Below are positions 58,373 through 64,000 of a DNA stretch of 64,000 nucleotides, piece by piece. The notes under the pieces were generated by a model, which was given only the letters and a program-made list of their open reading frames with translations, ran no database searches and was not told where the DNA came from. Numbering within the stretch: the stretch's first letter is position 1; each line of letters starts with the position of its first letter. The stretch is from assembly GCA_041690035.1 (NCBI GenBank), contig JBDNFC010000016.1:113092-177091 (forward strand). The letters run 5' to 3'. Source of the stretch: Bacteroidia bacterium. Its GTDB lineage: Bacteria; Bacteroidota; Bacteroidia; NS11-12g; UBA955. Both the position numbers and the translations under genes were made by a program.

Positions 58373-58580
58373 TGAAAAATTAGCTTAAATAACTTTTAAT
58401 GTTATTTACTGCATGCTTATATTTGCTTCAAAAGAAATTTTGTTTTATATGCATTGAAATAGCATTTTGGTAAAAAAAAATTGTGCAAATTATATTTTAG
58501 AAGAAAATTTATAGCATATCAATATTTTTATAAAAAGAGCCACAAGCTTATGTGTATTTAAAGTTAAAAATCAATAAGTT

Positions 58581-59081
58581 TTAGGCCATCTTATAATTAC
58601 TCATCAAACGAATTACATAATTTTGTTTTAGTAAAATATTTTTTATTTCATCATAGCCTTGTTTAGTTTCAATTTTATTAAGCGCTATATTTTCATTAAT
58701 GGATAGTATTTTTTGCCAATAAGATTTTTTAATCTCTGATACTTCTTCAAATATTAAGTTTCTTTTATTTTGATCTTCTTCATCCATTAAGATTTCATTG
58801 AACTCCATCATTTCCATTAAAAAATCTTGTGAAAGTGTTGCATTATTTGCCTCTAAAGAAACTCCATGAAGTGATAAGAGATAAATTAATCTTTTATGCT
58901 CGTTTTTTAATATTTTATAAGCCTCGTTTAGCATGGCAGTGCTATTTTCACTTGCTAAATCTCCGTTGTTTAAGTCGGGATGCTGTTCTTTTATTTTTGC
59001 TTTATAATTATGTGTTAAAGTAATTAAATCAATATTAAAAGCAGTCTCTAATCCTAAAACCTCAAAATAATTATCAGCCAT
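58581..59081 (-). CDS. hscB: Fe-S assembly co-chaperone HscB (J domain)
   Basis: NYFEVLGL..AFNID, HPD, LNEAYKILK..RL.YLL and DFLMEMMEFNE motifs. Confidence 0.85.
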   Translation of the reverse strand: MADNYFEVLGLETAFNIDLITLTHNYKAKIKEQHPDLNNGDLASENSTAMLNEAYKILKNEHKRLIYLLSLHGVSLEANNATLSQDFLMEMMEFNEILMDEEDQNKRNLIFEEVSEIKKSYWQKILSINENIALNKIETKQGYDEIKNILLKQNYVIRLMSNYKMA

Positions 59082-60412
59082 TATTTAAAGAAAAGATCGC
59101 TGGCAAATGCTACTACCATTAAACTCATTAGAATATAGAAACCAATCATCTGAGCATTCATCATCACCTTGTCACTAAATGGTTTTCCACGAATCATTTC
59201 TATTGTTAAAAAAATAACATGCCCGCCATCTAGGGCAGGAATAGGTAATAAATTCATAATTGCAAGAACAAAAGAAATCATACCTGTAAAATACCAAAAA
59301 TTTTCCCATATCAATTCTGCACCGTATGCTTTTGCAATTCCAATAGGGCTGCTTACAGACTTTAAGAAGTTTAATTTTCCTGTTATTAATTTTATAATGG
59401 CTTGCATTTGAATACTTATCGCCTCATTGCCATCTCTAATCCCCACAGAAACACTTTCTGCGATATTATGCTTTATAGTCGTTTTAAACTGATCTATGTC
59501 ATCTATTTTGGGGCCAACTCCAATTGTTCCTTGAGGCGTAATTGCTGCATTAAGAAGCAAAGTATCTTGCCCTCTTTGTACTTTTAAGGTAATATCTTTT
59601 GAGTTGTTTTTAGCTATTACACTTGCAAATTGTTGCCAAAATTTTATCGGTTCATCATTTATTGCAATTACCCGATCTCCCTTTCGCATATTTGCTTTTT
59701 CAGCCGGACTTTTAGGCAATATTGTATCTATAGAAAAAGGTGTTCCAAGTTCTATTAATCCTCCTTTTTTTTGGTTGCCATTTGTTAAAATAGCCATCAC
59801 ATTTTTCGGGGTAGTAAATTCTATTTCTTTATTGTCTCTAATTATTTTTACTTGCGATTCATCTTTTGTTATTATTTCTTTAACTACAGTGCTAAAATAA
59901 ACCACCTCTTTACCGTTTACAGAAACAATTTTATCTCCCGTATTAAAACCTATTTTTTTTCCAACTTCACCTACGTAGATTCCACCATGATTATTTGCAT
60001 AACTATTTAATGGCACAGTTTCTCCAAAAAATGATACTTTACCTACAAAAATAATGTAACCTAATATTACATTAAAAAATACACCACCAAGCATCACAAT
60101 TAGTCTTTGCCATGCTGGTTTAGACCTAAACTCCCACGGCTGAGCGGGCTGTGCAATTTGATCTTTATCCATGCTTTCGTCTACCATGCCTGCTATTTTT
60201 ACATAACCTCCCAATGGTAGCCATCCAATACCGTATTCTGTATCACCTTTTTTAAAGGAAAATAGTTTTTTGCCATAAGCATCAAAAAACAAGTAAAATT
60301 TTTCTACCCTCATTCCAAAAGCCCTTGCAGCAATAAAATGACCAAACTCATGAACAATTACCAAAATAGATAATCCCCCAATAAGTTGCAATACCATAAT
60401 TAATGTACCCAT
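59081..60412 (-). CDS. rseP: RIP metalloprotease RseP
   Basis: HEFGH, PLGGYVKIAGM, two PDZ-like segments and NLLPIPALDGG. Confidence 0.96.
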   Translation of the reverse strand: MGTLIMVLQLIGGLSILVIVHEFGHFIAARAFGMRVEKFYLFFDAYGKKLFSFKKGDTEYGIGWLPLGGYVKIAGMVDESMDKDQIAQPAQPWEFRSKPAWQRLIVMLGGVFFNVILGYIIFVGKVSFFGETVPLNSYANNHGGIYVGEVGKKIGFNTGDKIVSVNGKEVVYFSTVVKEIITKDESQVKIIRDNKEIEFTTPKNVMAILTNGNQKKGGLIELGTPFSIDTILPKSPAEKANMRKGDRVIAINDEPIKFWQQFASVIAKNNSKDITLKVQRGQDTLLLNAAITPQGTIGVGPKIDDIDQFKTTIKHNIAESVSVGIRDGNEAISIQMQAIIKLITGKLNFLKSVSSPIGIAKAYGAELIWENFWYFTGMISFVLAIMNLLPIPALDGGHVIFLTIEMIRGKPFSDKVMMNAQMIGFYILMSLMVVAFASDLFFK

Positions 60413-60432
60413 ATTTTTATTTTTAAAGGGCG

Positions 60433-60440
60433 CAAAAATA
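60433..60440 (-). promoter_or_regulatory. -7 box (TATTTTTG) for rseP-hscB
   Basis: Consensus match 20 nt upstream of the ATG. Confidence 0.65.
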
Positions 60441-60491
60441 AGTATTTTTAAGCTGAATGATGAATGAATTTATAATATTTTCGTTTAGGGC

Positions 60492-60567
60492 ATCATATTT
60501 AACTTTTAAACAAAAAAATTAAATCATATTTTTAATAAGAAATAGTTCAATAAATCATATTTTTAAT
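60492..60567. repeat. Three direct repeats of ATCATATTT at an exact 31-bp period
   Basis: Copies start at 60492, 60523 and 60554; copies 2 and 3 share 17 identical bp (TAAATCATATTTTTAAT). Confidence 0.85.
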
Positions 60568-60601
60568 CTTGTATTTTTTGCCGATATTTGCAAATTAAAA
60601 T

Positions 60602-62998
60602 ATGAAAAAAAGGAGTCTTTTTTTGTTTTTTGGAATACTGTTTTTCGGAATAACAAATTTGCAATCACAAAATATAGTTTCTGGCATTGTGAGCTCAAAA
60701 GAAACAGGTGAAGCGGTGGTAGGAGCTAATGTAAAGGTGATTGAAACTGGACAAAATACAGTTAGTAATAATTATGGGTTTTACAGCTTATCGCTTGGCA
60801 AAGGTTTTTTTACCATTGTGCACAGTTACACTGGTTTTGCAAATGATACTAATGTTATTGTAATAGGAAAAAGAGACGAAAATGGAGAATTGATAAATAA
60901 ACAAAGCTTAGATATCAAGCTTATGCCAATTGATTTAAGTGCTATTATAATATCAGGAAATAAGAGAGAAGAAAAAAGGCAAGATAATGACGTTGTAGCC
61001 ATAGATATTCCTGTTAAATTTAATAAAAAAATGCCATTGTTGCTGGGTGAGGTAGATATAATAAAATCGGCTCAACTACTACCAGGTGTAAAAGGAGGTA
61101 CTGATGGCAGCAGTGGTTTTTATGTAAGAGGAGGTGGGGCAGATCAAAATTTGATATTGCTAGATGGAGTTCCCATTTATAGTCAAAATCATTTATTTGG
61201 TTTTTTTAGTGTATTTAATGACGATGCTATTAATAGCGTACAATTATACAAAGGAAATTTTCCTGCTAGATATGGCAGCAGGCTTGCATCTGTGCTAGAT
61301 GTAACATTAAAAGAGGGCAATAATAATAGGTTGCATGGCACTGCATCTTTAGGGGCGGCAATTGGTAGATTTAATCTCAATGGCCCTATTGGTCCAAGCA
61401 AAAAAACCACATTTTCGCTATCTGCACGTAGATCATACATAGGAGCTGTTGTTGGCAGTTTGGCAAATTTGATTAGCGATGATACCCAGAAAATTAAAAC
61501 TACGCTTTATTTCTATGATATTAATGCAAAGTTGGCGCACAAAATAAACTATCGAAAAAATATTTATTTTTCTTTCTATAGAGGAAAAGATAAATATGGA
61601 GTAGGTTATGAAAATGAAACTAAATTGCCAACAGGGGCTTTATTAAACTCAGATATAAAAACTTTTGCTAAATGGAGCAATACTATGGCTTGTCTAAGAT
61701 ATACAGATTTAATGAACAATGGTATATTTGCAAATTATACTTTGTCTTATAGTAATTATAAAAACGAGCGATTAGTGGATTTAAGGTTAAAATTAACCAC
61801 CGATACCAGTTTATCGCAAGCAAGCATTTATGATCAGTTTTTGACTGGGCTAAATGATATTAATGCGAGAGCAGATTATGATTATAAGCCATCTGCAAAC
61901 CATCATTTAAGGTTTGGTATTGGAGCACTGATGCATAGTTTTAATCCAGGAAGAAACAAGTTGCGTATAGATTTTGGTGGTTTTCAGGAGGATACCACTT
62001 TTAGTACTGGTAAAAATATCCTTACTTTAGAAAATACGGCCTACATAGATGATGTAATTACAATAAATGCAAATACCAAAGCAAACATAGGATTGCGCTT
62101 AGTTAATTATGCTACCTTAGGAAAAAATTATTTTTTTGCAGAACCGCGTATCGCATTAAATGAGCAATTAGACAGTGCTTGGATTTTTAGATTAAGTTAT
62201 GCACTCAATAATCAACCCATACATTTATTGCCAAATAGCAATGTAGGATTGCCTTTAGATGTTTGGGTTCCTGCTACAAAAGATATAAAGCCACAGGTGG
62301 GCCATCAGTTTTCGGCAGGCACTATTACCAATATGAGGGGCGGATTGCAGCTAACAATAGATGCATATTACAGGTGGCTGAGAAACACAATAGAAAATTT
62401 GCCTGGTTTTGATATTACAGACGTAAACCCAAATTGGCAACAAAATATTTTGCAAGGTATTGGTGATAACTATGGTTTAGAAGTGTTTTTGCAAAAGCAA
62501 CATGGCAAGTTTACAGGCTGGGCAAGCTATACCCTATCATACGCAAATAGAAAAACACCTGGAATAAACAATGGCAATACTTATGCTTTTAGGTATGATC
62601 AAAGGCATAACTTTTCTAGCACATTTAATTATAATATAAATAAACGCAATAGCATGGGTTATACCCTAGTTTTTGGAACAGGTTTTCCTCTTACAGTGCC
62701 AATTGGTCAGTATGCAGATATTGACGGACAATTGATTTATGAGTATGGGGGAAAAAATAATTATAGAATGGAGAATACATTTAGAATAGATTTAAACTAT
62801 GTTCACTTTTTTAGAGTAAAGGCTAAAAGTTGGTTTAAACAAGCATGGGTAAATGCCTCTATCTATAATGTAACTGCTCGACCCAATCCGTTTTTATACC
62901 GCATAGAGCCTAGCCAAAATGGTGGAAATGCCATTACGCTAACACGGGTGTCTTATTTGCAGTTTTTTCCAAGTGTGAGTTTAAATGTTAGTTTTTAA
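60602..62998 (+). CDS. TonB-dependent receptor with carboxypeptidase-like N-terminal domain
   Basis: GIVSSKETGE.VVGA..SNNYGFYSL; plug LLPGV..G..GSSGFYVRGG.ADQNLILLDG; terminal PSVSLNVSF. Confidence 0.93.
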   Translation: MKKRSLFLFFGILFFGITNLQSQNIVSGIVSSKETGEAVVGANVKVIETGQNTVSNNYGFYSLSLGKGFFTIVHSYTGFANDTNVIVIGKRDENGELINKQSLDIKLMPIDLSAIIISGNKREEKRQDNDVVAIDIPVKFNKKMPLLLGEVDIIKSAQLLPGVKGGTDGSSGFYVRGGGADQNLILLDGVPIYSQNHLFGFFSVFNDDAINSVQLYKGNFPARYGSRLASVLDVTLKEGNNNRLHGTASLGAAIGRFNLNGPIGPSKKTTFSLSARRSYIGAVVGSLANLISDDTQKIKTTLYFYDINAKLAHKINYRKNIYFSFYRGKDKYGVGYENETKLPTGALLNSDIKTFAKWSNTMACLRYTDLMNNGIFANYTLSYSNYKNERLVDLRLKLTTDTSLSQASIYDQFLTGLNDINARADYDYKPSANHHLRFGIGALMHSFNPGRNKLRIDFGGFQEDTTFSTGKNILTLENTAYIDDVITINANTKANIGLRLVNYATLGKNYFFAEPRIALNEQLDSAWIFRLSYALNNQPIHLLPNSNVGLPLDVWVPATKDIKPQVGHQFSAGTITNMRGGLQLTIDAYYRWLRNTIENLPGFDITDVNPNWQQNILQGIGDNYGLEVFLQKQHGKFTGWASYTLSYANRKTPGINNGNTYAFRYDQRHNFSSTFNYNINKRNSMGYTLVFGTGFPLTVPIGQYADIDGQLIYEYGGKNNYRMENTFRIDLNYVHFFRVKAKSWFKQAWVNASIYNVTARPNPFLYRIEPSQNGGNAITLTRVSYLQFFPSVSLNVSF

Positions 62999-63011
62999 AA
63001 AAAAGTAGTCA

Positions 63012-63887
63012 ATGAAAATAAAAATGTTGAGAAAAGTAAATTTAATCCTATTGATTTTAGGTGCATTATTGCTTACTAATTGCTCAAAAGAAATACCGAT
63101 AAATTTGCCCCCATATATCGAAAAAATAGTTGTCAATGGTTTGATGAGTGATTTAGAAGGCAGTTTAGTAAAGATATCAAAAAGTAAATCTAGCACAGAT
63201 ACAAATAATATAAATGCAATCACAAATGCAAGTGTGCAGCTTTATACAGAAAATAATCAATTGTTTGAAGTGCTTACATACAATAGCTTTGAAAGCGGAT
63301 ACAAGGGGTCTAAACTGGCATTGCCAGGTAGCAGTTATACTATAAAAGTGCTGTATCAAAATTTTGAAGCCACTGCCACTACCAAAATTGGCACAAAAAC
63401 TAATTTAAGTAATAGCATTTATATAGATTCTATTGGTATTGACTCTAGCGGTTTTCCATTGGGTGAGCTTAGTTTTTCTTTTTCAGATTTAGGTACTGAA
63501 GATAATTATTACAGACTTAACGTATCATATTGGGACAATAGTTTAAAAATATTTGCAATACTAAACTTAGACGATAATTTTTTTATCAATACCCAAAGTG
63601 AAAAAACTAAAAATGGCTATGTCTTTTCAGACAGAACATTTAGCGGGGTAACACAAACATTAAAATTTACTGTACCCTTTGGTTTTGTAGCAATAGGTGG
63701 AGATTATAAATTCTTGATTTCATTGCAAACTCTAAACAATGATTTTACTAAGTATGAAAGAAGCAGGGAATTGTATAATAATGCTATTAACAGCCCATTT
63801 GCAGAACCAGTTTTTATATACAGTAATATAAAAGGAGGATTAGGAATTTTTGGAGGGTCTAGTTTAAGCAGAGATACTCTAAAATAG
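63012..63887 (+). CDS. DUF4249 family lipoprotein
   Basis: Lipobox LTNC; KIVVNG, FSD...GTEDNYY and EPV.IYSNIKGGLGIFGG motifs; follows the TonB receptor. Confidence 0.85.
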   Translation: MKIKMLRKVNLILLILGALLLTNCSKEIPINLPPYIEKIVVNGLMSDLEGSLVKISKSKSSTDTNNINAITNASVQLYTENNQLFEVLTYNSFESGYKGSKLALPGSSYTIKVLYQNFEATATTKIGTKTNLSNSIYIDSIGIDSSGFPLGELSFSFSDLGTEDNYYRLNVSYWDNSLKIFAILNLDDNFFINTQSEKTKNGYVFSDRTFSGVTQTLKFTVPFGFVAIGGDYKFLISLQTLNNDFTKYERSRELYNNAINSPFAEPVFIYSNIKGGLGIFGGSSLSRDTLK

Positions 63888-63892
63888 CTTTA

Positions 63893-64000
63893 TTGAAATT
63901 TACACTTTTAAAAAATGATTCTGCTACTGAGGCAAGAGCAGGCACAATAGAAACTGCTCATGGCACAATAGAAACTCCTATTTTTATGCCTGTGGGCACT
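63893..64000 (+). CDS. tgt: Queuine tRNA-ribosyltransferase, N-terminus (3' truncated; missing from the ORF track)
   Basis: TTG 63893 translates to MKFTLLKNDSATEARAGTIETAHGTIETPIFMPVGT, which contains the RAG..T.HG.I.TP.FMPVGT signature. Confidence 0.93.
   Translation, partial: MKFTLLKNDSATEARAGTIETAHGTIETPIFMPVGT

Noticed and set aside
63941-63976. 15-bp direct repeat GGCACAATAGAAACT x2
   Set aside because: It encodes the repeated GTIET motif in the conserved tgt N-terminus, so it is a coding constraint rather than an att site.

Overview
AT-rich, gene-dense chromosomal window from a Bacteroidota genome. The assignment rests on many TAnnTTTG -7 promoter boxes, an atpD-atpC pair split from the rest of the atp operon, a T9SS type-B cargo gene, a TamL-type Omp85 gene and bshA. 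About 55 CDS are supported and most are housekeeping or envelope genes: a TetR-TolC-MFP-RND efflux operon, hmgA, hutI, rplU-rpmA, lysA, uvrD/pcrA, murA, grpE-dnaJ, atpDC, pyrRB, typA, gltA, cysS, rseP, a TonB-dependent receptor with DUF4249, and the start of tgt. I found no rRNA, tRNA, CRISPR array, transposase, integrase or prophage. The supplied ORF track mislabels hutI (10120-11352) and typA (51657-53474) as + strand; both read on the - strand. It also omits tgt, and several of its starts are too far upstream because they run through promoter boxes. Best leads: (1) a four-gene LytS/LytTR cassette in which an intact kinase and regulator are each paired with a degenerate twin (44785-49949); (2) a YtrA/GntR ABC operon bracketed by inverted copies of its own promoter/operator (32488-35278); (3) a TGACA-N3-TGTCA palindrome plus a -24/-12-like element upstream of grpE-dnaJ; (4) a 31-bp-period triple repeat upstream of the TonB receptor; (5) an XRE module with a perfect operator; (6) a lipoprotein built of ~32-aa YD-like repeats. 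Product calls come from motif recognition only; no database searches were run.
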